A stretch of DNA of 64,000 nt from Candidatus Zixiibacteriota bacterium (GCA_024278935.1 JAJRSF010000033.1:68122-132121), one strand, 5' to 3'. Shown: positions 10,447 to 21,159, counted from the stretch's first letter. Made by a program: numbers and translations. Notes: generated from the letters alone by a model not told the origin.

Positions 10447-11674
10447 CTTGAAGCATCCTTACAAGGTAATCCGTAATTTGTTGTGTTGCTGAATTTTTAA
10501 GATCATTTGATTTCTTTATTCCAAAACTCATTTGACCTGTTATTGTCTGTTGAACTTTATCAGTTAGATCATCAATGTCTGACACTAAGGCACCATACTT
10601 ATTATCTAAAATATAGATAGCCGATTCTTTAACATTGTAAATTGATTTCCCAAACAAAACAGGTACGCCTGCCCATACAGGTTCCAACAGATTATGTCCA
10701 CCAATGTCAACTAAGGTTCCCCCGACAAATGCTAAGTCTGCGGCTAGATATAAATTTTGTAATAAGCCGACTTTATCAACAAGGATAACCGATTCATGTT
10801 TACTTAAAGAGCCATACAGTTTGAATTGTATCTTTTTTTTCTGAAGCATATTTTTGATTTCATTGACTCGTTCAATATGACGAGGAGCAATTATAAGATT
10901 AAATGCTTTATGCTCTTTTATTGTTTTCAAAAACAGATCAGCAAGCATCTCTTCCTCGCCCGGTCTCGTAGAACCTGCAACCAACAGAAATGACTCCGAC
11001 TCGATGCCACATGCCATGCGGATGCCATCGATTTTTTCTTTACTTCGCTCAAGCAAAGGAGCATCAAATTTCATATCACCTGCAATTTGCACTAGTCCTT
11101 TGGATGTAAAAGTAGTGTAATGCGAACAGTCTAGTTCTGACTTCACAAACAATTTTGAATATTTTGAAAGAAGCATCTGAAAAGAATTTTGAAAGAGTTT
11201 ATATTTTTTAAATGCCTTAGCAGACATCCGACCATTGACAAGAACAATCGGAACAGCTCTTCGGTCAGCTTCTAAAATAAGATTAGGCCAGATTTCAGTT
11301 TCAGCTATCACTAAAAGTTTCGGCTGAATTTTATCAAAAGTTTTTTTAATATTTGTTTTGGTATCAAAGGGAAATTGCGTTATCGAAACTGATTGAGACT
11401 TATACAAATCAACCGCAGTTTTATATCCGGTGCGAGTCATTGTTGTAATATGGATTTTTATCGTTGGACGTTCCGATTGCAGGTTCTTAAGAAGATGCCC
11501 GATAACTTTCACTTCGCCAACCGATGCTGCGTGAATCCAGATGTCATTATTTCCATAATTATCAATGTGTGCAAAGCGACCCTGCCATTGAGGGTCTGTG
11601 GCGATCTGACCAGATTTAAATAGGTACGTCAGTGATGCCACCAGTTGGATGAGTATGTTATAAATAAATAACAT
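10439..11674 (-). CDS. waaA: 3-deoxy-D-manno-octulosonic acid (Kdo) transferase
   Basis: The 411-aa GT30-type sequence contains WIHAASVGE near the N-terminus. It sits between lpxB and lpxK. Confidence 0.9.
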   Translation of the reverse strand: MLFIYNILIQLVASLTYLFKSGQIATDPQWQGRFAHIDNYGNNDIWIHAASVGEVKVIGHLLKNLQSERPTIKIHITTMTRTGYKTAVDLYKSQSVSITQFPFDTKTNIKKTFDKIQPKLLVIAETEIWPNLILEADRRAVPIVLVNGRMSAKAFKKYKLFQNSFQMLLSKYSKLFVKSELDCSHYTTFTSKGLVQIAGDMKFDAPLLERSKEKIDGIRMACGIESESFLLVAGSTRPGEEEMLADLFLKTIKEHKAFNLIIAPRHIERVNEIKNMLQKKKIQFKLYGSLSKHESVILVDKVGLLQNLYLAADLAFVGGTLVDIGGHNLLEPVWAGVPVLFGKSIYNVKESAIYILDNKYGALVSDIDDLTDKVQQTITGQMSFGIKKSNDLKNSATQQITDYLVRMLQDV

Positions 11675-11677
11675 CGC

Positions 11678-12775
11678 TTACAAATATTCTCCAATGAAAG
11701 TTGCTATATTTTTGGACACATCTTTTTTGCCTAACAGAGATGGTATAGTATGCAGTTTAGTTACAATTTCATCGTGATACATTTTGTCAGAAATAAATTT
11801 TGACAACGCATCGACAATTTTAATCTCATTCGCATCATGTTGAATCAGTTCAGGCAACATATTTTCACCCAAGACTAAATTAACAAGTCCGATAGATTCC
11901 AATGTGACAAGCCGTTTAGCTATTTGATATGTCAACGTACCTGTCTTATAAATTATCACCATCGGTCTCCCGATAAGTCCAACCTCAAGCGTTGCGGTTC
12001 CCGATGCGGTCAACACAAGCTTGGCATCATGGATAACTTTTCTTGGATTGTCATAGACGACAGAGATGTAATTGCTATTTTTAATATGCGATTCATAGTC
12101 GTATAAATTCTTAACACCTGCGATGACAGATTTCAGCTGATATTTTCCATTGATACTTTTAGCAGTCTCAAGCATAACAGGAAGCATCCGCTCTATCTCC
12201 TGCAAACGTGAACCTGGAAGGAGTGCAAGATGCCCATCTGGTGGAATTTCAGATGCTATATATTCATGCGGGATATCTTCGGTAAGATAATGCCCGGCGT
12301 ATTTGACATTGACCGATGAATCTTGATAGAACTTTTCTTCGAATGGAAGAATCGGAATCATAAGGTCAATATTTTTTTGTATCTCTACTATTCGTTTTTT
12401 CCCCCACGCCCAAATCTGTGGTGAGATATAATAAATTATCGGTATACCAAGTTTTTTTATCTCTTTAGCAAGACGTAAATTAAAACCGGGGTAATCAACT
12501 AAGATAACAACTTTTGGTTTTCTCTCTTTTATCTCCCGAAGACATTTGTGAAAAAGTTTTCTGAAGTACAAATACTTTTTAGCTACTTCCCAAAAACCGA
12601 TAACTGCTAAGTCCTCACGGTTGGCAAATTGTTCCTGTCCAAGTTGTTTTAATCTCTGACCGCCTAATCCAAAAAATGTCAAACTCTTGTGCTGTTTTTT
12701 AAGCACTTCAATTACACGGGACAAGGCGTTATCGCCCGATGGTTCCCCGACTGAAATAAAAATTGTATCTGCCAC
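11678..12775 (-). CDS. lpxB: Lipid-A-disaccharide synthase
   Basis: It has the N-terminus IFISVGEPSGD and GT19-like length and pattern, and it sits in lipid A operon context. Confidence 0.92.
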   Translation of the reverse strand: MADTIFISVGEPSGDNALSRVIEVLKKQHKSLTFFGLGGQRLKQLGQEQFANREDLAVIGFWEVAKKYLYFRKLFHKCLREIKERKPKVVILVDYPGFNLRLAKEIKKLGIPIIYYISPQIWAWGKKRIVEIQKNIDLMIPILPFEEKFYQDSSVNVKYAGHYLTEDIPHEYIASEIPPDGHLALLPGSRLQEIERMLPVMLETAKSINGKYQLKSVIAGVKNLYDYESHIKNSNYISVVYDNPRKVIHDAKLVLTASGTATLEVGLIGRPMVIIYKTGTLTYQIAKRLVTLESIGLVNLVLGENMLPELIQHDANEIKIVDALSKFISDKMYHDEIVTKLHTIPSLLGKKDVSKNIATFIGEYL

Positions 12776-12778
12776 TCG

Positions 12779-13768
12779 TTATGACATTTCCTCATGAAAT
12801 TTTAATGACTCTTTACAAATTTTCTCAACCTCAAGAGCTACTCGTAACGCTTCACTCGCTTGGAAAATTGTAACGGCAACATCGGGGTCATTTTTAATTG
12901 CGGACAAAAATGATGCCAACTCTGCCCCAAGCATATCGGCACCATTGTCTTCAAGTTTCTTATAGATAATATCTTTGTCTGATTTGCCAAGAGGCATACG
13001 GAACCCTTCAACGGTTTCATCCGATGATGCCAGGCTGTAAATATCTGCTTGTTTTTTAGCGAGGTCGAGTGAGACATAACCTGATTTTTGGAACAAGCGA
13101 AGTTTCCGCATTGGGTTGAGTGAAATACGTGAGGCGGTCAAGTTGGCAACACATCCGTTTTCAAAAGTAAGACGAGCATTGGCTATATCTATCCGATCAG
13201 CAATTACGGCTACACCCGATGCCTGGATATCTTTAATATCTGAATTTACAAACGAAAGTACTAAGTCGATATCATGAATCATCAAATCTAAAATTACGGC
13301 AACATCGGTTCCCCGTGGGTCAAATCCTGCCAAACGATGTGCTTCGATAAACGATGGATTCAATTCGGCTTTGGTCAGTGCTGCAACTGCGGGGTTGAAT
13401 CGTTCAATCTGCCCGACTGTTACTTTTACTTTATGCTCTTCGGCAAGCGTTATTAGTTCTTGGGCTTGGTCTAAGTTGAGAGTGACCGGTGTTTCGATTA
13501 AGCAATGCACCCCAGCTTTGATAAGTTGGGAAGCAATTTCAAAATGAGCCGTTGTCGGCACAACAATAGAAACCGCATCGACTTCGGATGCTAATGTTTC
13601 GAGTGAGTCAAATGCTTTGATTTTGTATTCGTCGGCATATTCTTGGCATCGTTTTTGATCGAGGTCATAAACACCGATAAGTTGAGAATCTGTGAGTTGG
13701 GACATCCATCTAAGGTGGTGGCGTCCTAAGGCTCCGACTCCGACCACTGCTGTTTTCAATTTAGACAT
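12779..13768 (-). CDS. Gfo/Idh/MocA-family NAD(P) oxidoreductase; first gene of the lipid A operon
   Basis: It has the Rossmann N-terminus KTAVVGVGALGRHH and the family-typical 329-aa length. It lies 3 nt upstream of lpxB. Confidence 0.85.
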   Translation of the reverse strand: MSKLKTAVVGVGALGRHHLRWMSQLTDSQLIGVYDLDQKRCQEYADEYKIKAFDSLETLASEVDAVSIVVPTTAHFEIASQLIKAGVHCLIETPVTLNLDQAQELITLAEEHKVKVTVGQIERFNPAVAALTKAELNPSFIEAHRLAGFDPRGTDVAVILDLMIHDIDLVLSFVNSDIKDIQASGVAVIADRIDIANARLTFENGCVANLTASRISLNPMRKLRLFQKSGYVSLDLAKKQADIYSLASSDETVEGFRMPLGKSDKDIIYKKLEDNGADMLGAELASFLSAIKNDPDVAVTIFQASEALRVALEVEKICKESLKFHEEMS

Positions 13769-13868
13769 ATATGTAGCTTCTTATAGTTAAGGTTTATAAT
13801 TGCCACAAGATAGTAGTATTGGTCTGAAGAATAAAGGAGATTTTGGGAGAATATTAAATATTTGTTAT

Positions 13869-13903
13869 AAAAAGGCAGGTCTCAAAAGCGAGACCTGCCC
13901 TAC
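13869..13903 (-). terminator. Rho-independent terminator after the isochorismatase-family gene
   Basis: Stem ggcaggtctc/gagacctgcc (13874..13883 / 13890..13899). On the minus strand it is followed by a T-run and preceded by TGTAGGG. Confidence 0.75.
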
Positions 13904-13989
13904 AAGATTTGTATCTATCGGAACAGGCAAGCGGTTTCCCTACAAATTTGATTAGTAATTTTAGAAAATCGTAAATGTGCCTTCAGGCA

Positions 13990-14529
13990 CTATTTTACGA
14001 TTTTGATGACTTTCTTGAATTGGTCACCCTCGGCAACTTTGAGCATTTCAAAAAGCGACATTTCAACCGAAGTCATAATTCCACCGAGCTCTTTGATACG
14101 TTCCATTCCAAGATAATAGTTTTGTTTAAAACGGGATGAAACCGCATCGGTTACCAAATGTACTTCTTTACCGTTAGCAAGTAAGTCTTTACAAGTTTGG
14201 TAGACACAGACATGGGTTTCGATTCCACAAACAATAATTTGCGATTTGCCAAGTTGGTCAAGCTTTTCGTTGAAGCCATCACCACCGCAACATGAGAAAG
14301 TATTTTTGGTCAGCAATTCAACACCATCAAGATGTGATTTTACTTCGTCAACAGTTGCACCAAGTTTATCTGGGATTTGTTCGGTCCAGATAATTGGAAT
14401 ATCGAGCGCTTTGGCACCGTCGATCATCCGGTTTACGTTTTCAAATAAGCGTTTATGTTTGTGCATGAGAGTGGCAAGTTTGCCCTGCACGTCTATACCA
14501 ACTAAGACAGCGTTTTCTTTTTGTAACAT
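13990..14529 (-). CDS. Isochorismatase-family cysteine hydrolase
   Basis: The 179-aa ORF has the catalytic-Cys region VCGIETHVCV and the family-typical N-terminus LVGIDVQ. Confidence 0.85.
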   Translation of the reverse strand: MLQKENAVLVGIDVQGKLATLMHKHKRLFENVNRMIDGAKALDIPIIWTEQIPDKLGATVDEVKSHLDGVELLTKNTFSCCGGDGFNEKLDQLGKSQIIVCGIETHVCVYQTCKDLLANGKEVHLVTDAVSSRFKQNYYLGMERIKELGGIMTSVEMSLFEMLKVAEGDQFKKVIKIVK

Positions 14530-14624
14530 GGGGTATTTCCTTTTTTGAAGTTTTAGAATTCATAATTATCGAATTGAAAGGAATGTAGTAAGGAAAAGGG
14601 GTGTTGGCAAGCGGGAAAATATTA

Positions 14625-15245
14625 TTAGTCAAAAATGAAGTATTTCCAATTTTCAACACTTGTTTCATAGAGAGTTGGCAATTCGCCATATCCCTCTTGT
14701 GTACCCATCGGGTTGTAAATTACAACTTCAAAATTAAGAATCATTACTACATGTTGAGTAAAAACTAACTCATAAATTGAGTCTTTTTTAGAATATGTAA
14801 ATTCTTCAACGCAAATTATTTTGGGGTTTGGTATTGAATCGATAAAAATTGGTGTAAGGTCTGAAAGATTTTCTGGATATTCTAAATTTTTGAGTTTATA
14901 TAATTCAATAGCAGATATTAAGTCACGTGATTCATCTATAGTGTATTCTCTTGAGAAATCTCGAAAATATTTTGTTAGGAAAAATCCATTTATTAATAAA
15001 AAAATTGAAAAACTAATTAATATGATAGGATATCTTAAATTTTTCTTTTTTTCTTTATTTATTAGAAACCATATAATCCCGGCTGGCAAAACAAAAATAA
15101 GAAAACCCGTTACTAATTGCATGATACTATAAATGATTATTGATGAAAAATGAAGATAATCAGGACCGGGCAGATATAATAAATTTATTAATCCTATAAT
15201 TATAATTGCAGCTAATAAAATAAAAATCACTTTTATAAATTTCAT
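14625..15245 (-). CDS. Hypothetical membrane protein (3 TM helices plus a soluble C-terminal domain)
   Basis: The 206-aa ORF is very AT-rich. It has hydrophobic N-terminal helices and I recognise no family. Confidence 0.45.
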   Translation of the reverse strand: MKFIKVIFILLAAIIIIGLINLLYLPGPDYLHFSSIIIYSIMQLVTGFLIFVLPAGIIWFLINKEKKKNLRYPIILISFSIFLLINGFFLTKYFRDFSREYTIDESRDLISAIELYKLKNLEYPENLSDLTPIFIDSIPNPKIICVEEFTYSKKDSIYELVFTQHVVMILNFEVVIYNPMGTQEGYGELPTLYETSVENWKYFIFD

Positions 15246-15338
15246 TCTCTCACCAATTTGCTAACAGTAAACATCCCCCATCCATTTAATTCTTATACAT
15301 ACTTCATAAACGGAAGACTCAAGTTATATGTCAATTAT

Positions 15339-15375
15339 AAAAAAAGGCAGGTCTCTTAAGAGACCTGACCTACAA
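15339..15375 (-). terminator. Rho-independent terminator after clpX
   Basis: Stem ggcaggtctc/gagacctgac with loop ttaa. A 7-A run on the plus strand gives a T-run on the minus strand. A second hairpin, attcccaa/ttgggaat, lies at about 15384..15405. Confidence 0.8.
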
Positions 15376-15419
15376 TTATACTGGATTCCCAATCAAGTTG
15401 GGAATGACATTAAGTGCTG

Positions 15420-16691
15420 CTATGCTGATTTTTTGGCGTCGGGTTTGGTGATGATCTTTGGTTTTTTGCCTTCGGTTATTGTCTCGGCTGTGACGATTAC
15501 TTCGACAATTTCAGGCATCGATGGAATCTCAAACATAACATCCATCATAGCTTTTTCAAAAATCGAACGCAAGGCTCTCGCCCCAGTTTTTCGTTCAACA
15601 GCAATTTCAACGGCTGCTTTGAGAGCATCTTTATCAAATGAAAGTTTGACGCCATCCATATCAAGCAATTTTTTATACTGCTTGGTAAGAGCGTTTCTTG
15701 GGTCAGTCAGAATACTCAAGAGAGTCGCTTCATCTAAAAATTGTAGAGGAGCAACCACAGGAATACGTCCGACAAGTTCTGGAATCAAACCGTAGTTCAT
15801 CAGGTCACCCGGTTGGACGCTTCTGAAAATTTCATCAGACTTTTCATCGACATATTTTTTCTCACCATCAAAACCAATATCATTTTTACCAATACGTCTT
15901 GAGACAATTTTTTCGAGCCCATCAAAAGCACCACCACATATAAACAAAATATTGGATGTATCTATATGAACGAATGATTGTTCAGGATGTTTCCGTCCGC
16001 CTTTCGGAGGAATATTAGCGATAGTTCCCTCGAGGATTTTAAGCAAACCTTGTTGGACACCCTCGCCGGAGACATCACGAGTAATCGAGGCGTTGCCATC
16101 TTTGCGGGAGATTTTATCAATTTCGTCAATGTAGATAATTCCACGTTCTGTTTTTTCTACATTAAAATCGGATGCTTGGTATAAGCGTACTAAAATATTT
16201 TCGACATCTTCACCAACATAGCCAGCTTCAGTCAGCACAGTAGCATCGGCGATTGTAAATGGTACTTTCAAAAACTTTGCAAGTGAACGAGCGATAAGAG
16301 TCTTCCCTGTACCGGTAGGTCCGAGCAGTAAGATATTTGCTTTTTCAAGTTCAACTTGTTCTTCATCATTGTCGCTTAAAATTTGCGGGATTTTTGAATT
16401 GATTCGTTTGTAGTGATTATAAACGGCAACAGCAACAGTGCGTTTTGCTTCTTCCTGCCCAATGACATAATGGTCGAGATAGTTTTTAATTTCAGCCGGA
16501 GTCGGGAGATCAGTCAGTTCATCTTGTCTGGCAAGGTCGGGTGTGTTTTGTGTGAGGTCGTGACAGATTTCAACACATTCGTCACAGATAAATGATTCGT
16601 GTCCTGAGAACAAGCGTCGTACTTGCCCTGATGGTTTTCCACAAAATGAACAATGTTGTGGAATTTCCGGTTTACCAGTTTTTTTTGACAT
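15420..16691 (-). CDS. clpX: ATP-dependent Clp protease ATP-binding subunit ClpX
   Basis: It has the N-terminal zinc finger CSFCGK..CDEC, the Walker A motif GPTGTGKT and a conserved AAA+ body. Confidence 0.97.
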   Translation of the reverse strand: MSKKTGKPEIPQHCSFCGKPSGQVRRLFSGHESFICDECVEICHDLTQNTPDLARQDELTDLPTPAEIKNYLDHYVIGQEEAKRTVAVAVYNHYKRINSKIPQILSDNDEEQVELEKANILLLGPTGTGKTLIARSLAKFLKVPFTIADATVLTEAGYVGEDVENILVRLYQASDFNVEKTERGIIYIDEIDKISRKDGNASITRDVSGEGVQQGLLKILEGTIANIPPKGGRKHPEQSFVHIDTSNILFICGGAFDGLEKIVSRRIGKNDIGFDGEKKYVDEKSDEIFRSVQPGDLMNYGLIPELVGRIPVVAPLQFLDEATLLSILTDPRNALTKQYKKLLDMDGVKLSFDKDALKAAVEIAVERKTGARALRSIFEKAMMDVMFEIPSMPEIVEVIVTAETITEGKKPKIITKPDAKKSA

Positions 16692-16759
16692 TTAAACCTT
16701 TTTAAATTTTCTTTAAGTCAGTTCACAAATTCACTTTGCGAATCCAGGAACTAACATAA

Positions 16760-16795
16760 CAACTAATAATAAGGCAGATGATACCATCTGCCCTA
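16760..16795 (-). terminator. Hairpin terminator or attenuator between clpP and clpX
   Basis: Stem ggcagatg/catctgcc (16773..16780 / 16785..16792). On the minus strand it is preceded by TGTAGGG and followed by a U-rich tract. Confidence 0.55.
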
Positions 16796-16828
16796 CACAC
16801 TTGTTTATAAAATACTTACGAGACAAAA

Positions 16829-17434
16829 TTATTTTTTGTCGTAAACTTTATCAATCAATCCGTATTCTTTTGCTTCTTCAGAAGACATAAAGAAATTACG
16901 GTCGGTATCTTTTTCAATCTTTTCAAGAGACTGCCCGGTATGATGAACCAATAAATCGTTCAAACGAGTTTTAGTCTTTTGAAATTCTTCGGTCATAATA
17001 GCAATATCAGAAATCTGGCCTTGGGTTCCGGCAAGTGGCTGATGAATCATAATACGAGCATGCGGAAGAGCGGCTCTTTTGCCTTTGGCACCTGCGGTAA
17101 GTAAAAAAGCACCCATCGATGCTGCCATGCCCATACAAGTAGTGGCGACATCGGCTTTGATCATTTGCATCGTATCATAAATTGCCATCCCGGCAGTTAC
17201 AGAACCACCCGGAGAATTGATATAGATTGAAATATCTTTTTCTGGATCTTCGGCTTCTAAAAAGAGAAGCTGGGCGACAACTAAATTAGCGATATTATCA
17301 TCGATACCGGTACCAATAAAAATGATACGGTCTTTTAAAAGACGTGAATAAATATCATAGGAACGCTCGCCACGGCCGGTCTGTTCTACGACCATTGGTA
17401 CTAAGAAATTGTTCTCTAAATTAAAGTCATTCAT
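16829..17434 (-). CDS. clpP: ATP-dependent Clp protease proteolytic subunit
   Basis: It has the catalytic Ser context GMAASMG and the His context IMIHQP. The 201-aa length is typical. Confidence 0.97.
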   Translation of the reverse strand: MNDFNLENNFLVPMVVEQTGRGERSYDIYSRLLKDRIIFIGTGIDDNIANLVVAQLLFLEAEDPEKDISIYINSPGGSVTAGMAIYDTMQMIKADVATTCMGMAASMGAFLLTAGAKGKRAALPHARIMIHQPLAGTQGQISDIAIMTEEFQKTKTRLNDLLVHHTGQSLEKIEKDTDRNFFMSSEEAKEYGLIDKVYDKK

Positions 17435-17500
17435 GGAATATGGTTATCCTTTACTTTTATAACATCCTGTTATCTTCTAGTTTATAGAATTAGTATCGGC

Positions 17501-18754
17501 TTAATTGATTTTAGCCTTACTAACAATAAAGTCGATGACTTTTTCTTCCAAAATAGACTCTCTGAAATCAGAAATTTGACCCGATTTTTGAATCGATTCA
17601 ATTGCCTGTTCAGGTGTAATATTATAGTTTTTCGCAAATTTTTGAATTAGGTTCTGAATATCAGCTTCCTGCACTTCAACTTTTTCCTGCTCAGCTAATT
17701 TGTGCATAAGCATGTTCCAACGAATAGTGCTGACACCAACCGGTTCGTAATTTTTCTTGATTTCAGCTTCATCTATTTTTTGGTCTTTGTATTTCTGTTT
17801 GATATCTTCAATTACATTTTTAAGATAATCTTGTACTAATGATTTTGGTACAGGAATTTCATTTTTTGAATTGACATGATTTATAACTAAAGATTTACGT
17901 TCTCTGCCTTTTTCTTCATCTTTTTGCATCTGGACATTTTCACGAACCTTGAGCTTGAGCTCAAGCATTGTTTCCCCTTGACCGGTTTTTTTCGCAAAAG
18001 CATCGTTGAGCTCATCGAGCAAACGCTCTTTGACTTCTTTAACTGTGCAATTGTATTTTAGTTCAGCACCGGCAAATTTTTCATCCTGATAGTCATCAGC
18101 ATATTTAACAGAGATCTCTTTTTTGTCACCTGTTTTAAGTCCCGGGAGTTCATCCTGAAATTCTTTGATAGTCATCTTATTACTCAAGTCGACTTCTGAA
18201 TTTTCAAATTTTTCCTGAGGGATGACATTTTTTTTGTCTTCTAATTTTTCAATATCTAAAATAACAATATCAGTTTTATTGATAGCACGTTCAACAGTAC
18301 GAATTTCGGCGAAGTTCTTTTGCATCATCTCAACAACTTCGTTTACGTCATCATCAGAAACTTCGGCTTTGTTATCAGGAAGTTCGAGACCATCGATTTC
18401 AACTTTATCAATTTCAGGAAATACTTCAACCGTTGCTTTATAAACAAGTTCGCCTTTGTCGTTGTAATCCATTTCGGAAACATTCGGGTAAGCAGCAACT
18501 TGAAGATTATGTTCTTGGATAACTTCAGGGTATGTCTCTTTTAAAATATCTTCGGCAGCTTCGTAGCGAACTTTTTCGCCAAATGTTTGCACAATCATAT
18601 CCATCGGAACTTTGCCTTTACGGAAACCTTTGAGTTCTGTTTCACGCTGCAGTTCGTCTAATTTTCTGTCTACGATTTTATTGACAGTTTCGGCCGGTAC
18701 TTCTACTGAGATTTCTTTGAGAAGCTCTTCTTTTTCTTTAATTTCTACTTTCAC
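17501..18754 (-). CDS. tig: Trigger factor
   Basis: It has the ribosome-binding motif GFRKGKVP near the N-terminus and sits in the conserved tig-clpP-clpX order. Confidence 0.94.
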   Translation of the reverse strand: MKVEIKEKEELLKEISVEVPAETVNKIVDRKLDELQRETELKGFRKGKVPMDMIVQTFGEKVRYEAAEDILKETYPEVIQEHNLQVAAYPNVSEMDYNDKGELVYKATVEVFPEIDKVEIDGLELPDNKAEVSDDDVNEVVEMMQKNFAEIRTVERAINKTDIVILDIEKLEDKKNVIPQEKFENSEVDLSNKMTIKEFQDELPGLKTGDKKEISVKYADDYQDEKFAGAELKYNCTVKEVKERLLDELNDAFAKKTGQGETMLELKLKVRENVQMQKDEEKGRERKSLVINHVNSKNEIPVPKSLVQDYLKNVIEDIKQKYKDQKIDEAEIKKNYEPVGVSTIRWNMLMHKLAEQEKVEVQEADIQNLIQKFAKNYNITPEQAIESIQKSGQISDFRESILEEKVIDFIVSKAKIN

Positions 18755-18825
18755 TTCAAACTCCGAATTTTTTAATGGAAACGTACGCTTTTCCAGATGG
18801 GAAACTATTGCGTATTATAAAAAAA

Positions 18826-18907
18826 TACGAAAGGGGGGACTTGAACCCCCACGCCTTGCGGCACTAGATCCTAAATCTAGCGTGTATACCAATTTCACCA
18901 CTCTCGC
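18826..18907 (-). tRNA. tRNA-Leu, anticodon UAG (type II, long variable arm)
   Basis: Hand-folded from the minus strand: GCGAGAG-TG-GTG..CAC-G-CTAGA-TTTAGGA-TCTAG-(TGCCGCAAGGCGT)-GGGGG-TTCAAGT-CCCCC-CTTTCGT-A. The acceptor stem has two G-U pairs. No CCA is encoded. Confidence 0.88.
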
Positions 18908-19083
18908 ATTTCAGGGCGACAATATAGGCAGTTTCTAAATACAAGTCAAGACAAGGATTGGTTGGAATAGCTGTTTTTTCGATTTCTGGCGTAAATATCA
19001 CATTCCGAGCAAGTTAGGGAACATATTGACTCTGATTTCGTTAAAGCAATATCAATTATAAAGAACAATTTAAAGGAGCAAAT

Positions 19084-19566
19084 GTGGAAAAAGCAAAAAC
19101 AGTAATAATTGAGACAATGCAGACAAATAATTATCTTATAACAAAAGCTCTTGAGGGGCTTTCAGATGATCATTTTTTTAGCCGTCCAAACGAAACAACC
19201 AACCCGATTCAATTTTTGCTGGGGCATCTGACGCACTATCGCTATCAGGTTTGTCAGTTATTGGGAGATGATTTGGTATATCCATTTGCTGATTTATATG
19301 CGATGGGTAAACAGGTGCAAGATAATTCGACCTATCCATCCGCAGATGAAATAAAAGCTGAGTGGGAAAAAGTGAGTAAGTCTTTACAATCGCTATTGGA
19401 AAAAGCTGATGACAGCAGTCTTGCAAAAGAGACTCCGAAAAAAAATCCGATTGGTGAACAGAATGCGATGGGGACTTTACAATTTTTGATGTTTCACGAA
19501 GCGTACCATCTTGGGCAAATTTCGATTGTTCGCAGATATTTTGGCTACGAAGGTACTATTGGCTAG
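19084..19566 (+). CDS. DinB-family (DinB_2-like) four-helix-bundle metalloprotein
   Basis: The His triad contexts LLGHLTHY and HEAYHLGQ are present. The GTG start lies 5 nt after an AAGGAG RBS (19073..19078). Confidence 0.78.
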   Translation: MEKAKTVIIETMQTNNYLITKALEGLSDDHFFSRPNETTNPIQFLLGHLTHYRYQVCQLLGDDLVYPFADLYAMGKQVQDNSTYPSADEIKAEWEKVSKSLQSLLEKADDSSLAKETPKKNPIGEQNAMGTLQFLMFHEAYHLGQISIVRRYFGYEGTIG

Positions 19567-19589
19567 ATAGATTTTTTCTTTTAGATTTT

Positions 19590-19622
19590 AAGAGCATTAT
19601 TTTATGATGCTCTTTTTTTTAT
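19590..19622 (+). terminator. Rho-independent terminator after the DinB-family gene
   Basis: Stem agagcat/atgctct (19591..19597 / 19607..19613), followed by a run of at least 8 T. Confidence 0.8.
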
Positions 19623-19722
19623 GAAAAAATCATCATGTAATGTGGACTTTTAAAACAATTCTTAGTATAATCGATAAACAGTTTTAGATATATAATTTTC
19701 ATAAAATGAAGGGAGATATTTT

Positions 19723-20439
19723 ATGGTACGAACATTAGTAATTCTATTGGTAATTGTGAGCATTATAGGTTGTGGGTCATCTCGAACTCAACAAATAGTA
19801 CATCCAGAAGAAATGCGTGCACAACCGAAACGCTTACAAAAGATTTTTCCAGTAACAAGTAGTTCAGAACCAAATATTAAATTAGCAAATCGGATTCGAC
19901 AACAATCTTCTACAGAAAACAATCGCTCAGTTATTTACACAGCTTATTTAAAAATCGCTTCCCAAGAACAGGATTCTGTTCACGAAGCAGTAGTTGCTCT
20001 TACCAAAGAATATGATGGCTATGTTTTAAAATCAGAGCTACATCGAACAACTATTAGAATAGATGCGGTGCATTTGAAAACTGTTATTGAAAAAATCGAA
20101 AAAACAGGTAAAGTTCTTACAAAAAACATTAAAGGCACCGATGTAACCGGAGATTTTTATGATTTTAAGATTCGTCTTGAAAATGCAAAGAAAACACGCG
20201 ATAGATATTTGCAACTATTAGATAAAGCAGTCAACGTCAAGGATATTTTAAGTATTGAAAAAGAGCTCGAAAGAATGAATAACTCAATCGATTTCTTAGA
20301 GGGAAAAATAAATAAGATGTCACATCAGATACAGTTTGCTACAATCACTGTTGAAACTTCAAAAGAAATAAAACCTGGTATTGTAGGTTCTGTCTTTACA
20401 GAAATTTATAAAGGTGTGAAGTGGTTGTTTGTCAGATGA
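19723..20439 (+). CDS. DUF4349-like lipoprotein
   Basis: The lipobox VSIIGC sits at the N-terminus. The central coiled-coil region (DVTGDFYDFKIRLENAKKTRDRYLQLL) matches my recollection of DUF4349. Confidence 0.6.
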   Translation: MVRTLVILLVIVSIIGCGSSRTQQIVHPEEMRAQPKRLQKIFPVTSSSEPNIKLANRIRQQSSTENNRSVIYTAYLKIASQEQDSVHEAVVALTKEYDGYVLKSELHRTTIRIDAVHLKTVIEKIEKTGKVLTKNIKGTDVTGDFYDFKIRLENAKKTRDRYLQLLDKAVNVKDILSIEKELERMNNSIDFLEGKINKMSHQIQFATITVETSKEIKPGIVGSVFTEIYKGVKWLFVR

Positions 20440-20455
20440 TAGAAGATTTGGTATG

Positions 20456-20483
20456 TAAAAAAAGAGGCTTCGCCTCTTTTTTA
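20456..20483. terminator. Bidirectional terminator between the convergent DUF4349 and TetR genes
   Basis: The sequence is aaaaaaagaggc-ttc-gcctctttttt, with an A-run on one side and a T-run on the other. Confidence 0.75.
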
Positions 20484-21140
20484 TGCTCGGATACCATCGA
20501 ATAAAAATGTTATCAGGTATTCTTCGGTTTCATTGAGTGGCATTTTTTTATCGGTGTACTGTCTTCGGAGAAGTCCTTCAATTATGAGCGAGACCAAATA
20601 GCCGGTCAGTTCAACCTCGACATCTCCCCTGATCTCCCCTGTTTCCACACCGCGTGAGATGATTTCATCGACATACGATTTAAAATGCCTACCTAAATCT
20701 ATCCCCTCAATGACAACTGTCGAGTGGTTCATCGATGAGCTGACATACAAGAAAAAGCGCTCCTCATCATTGAACAGTCGAGAGTTAATAGCCAACGCTT
20801 GATAGAGATAAAGTAGCCTGTCCTTTGCCATGACGACTGTTTCGAAACGACGAATTTCGGCAACCCATTTCTGTAAGTAATCATCAAATATCAAAATGAC
20901 AAATTCAAACAGATGCGATTTTGATGGGAAGTATTGAAAAAAGGAGCCTTTGGAAATAGACGCTTTTTCGCAGACCATATCAACCGACAAGCCATCATAG
21001 CCGTATTCGGCAAAGAGCGATACTGCGGTCTGGTAGATTCGTTTTTTCTTATCAGATGTTAACCGCCTGAAAGTATCGAAGATAACTTTTCGATCGACAA
21101 GTTCAGCGATTATGTTTTCATCTAAGAGTATGTTCCGCAT
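20481..21140 (-). CDS. TetR/AcrR-family transcriptional regulator
   Basis: It has the N-terminal HTH KKRIYQTAVSLFAEYGYDGLSVDMVCEKASISKGSFFQYFPSK. It is transcribed divergently from the MIPS gene. Confidence 0.86.
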   Translation of the reverse strand: MRNILLDENIIAELVDRKVIFDTFRRLTSDKKKRIYQTAVSLFAEYGYDGLSVDMVCEKASISKGSFFQYFPSKSHLFEFVILIFDDYLQKWVAEIRRFETVVMAKDRLLYLYQALAINSRLFNDEERFFLYVSSSMNHSTVVIEGIDLGRHFKSYVDEIISRGVETGEIRGDVEVELTGYLVSLIIEGLLRRQYTDKKMPLNETEEYLITFLFDGIRA

Positions 21141-21159
21141 TTTTCTTTCTTTTGAGCAT

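Noticed and set aside
18612-18938. Track ORF that overlaps the tRNA-Leu region.
   Set aside because: It spans the tig start and the tRNA gene on the opposite strand. The tRNA cloverleaf explains this sequence.
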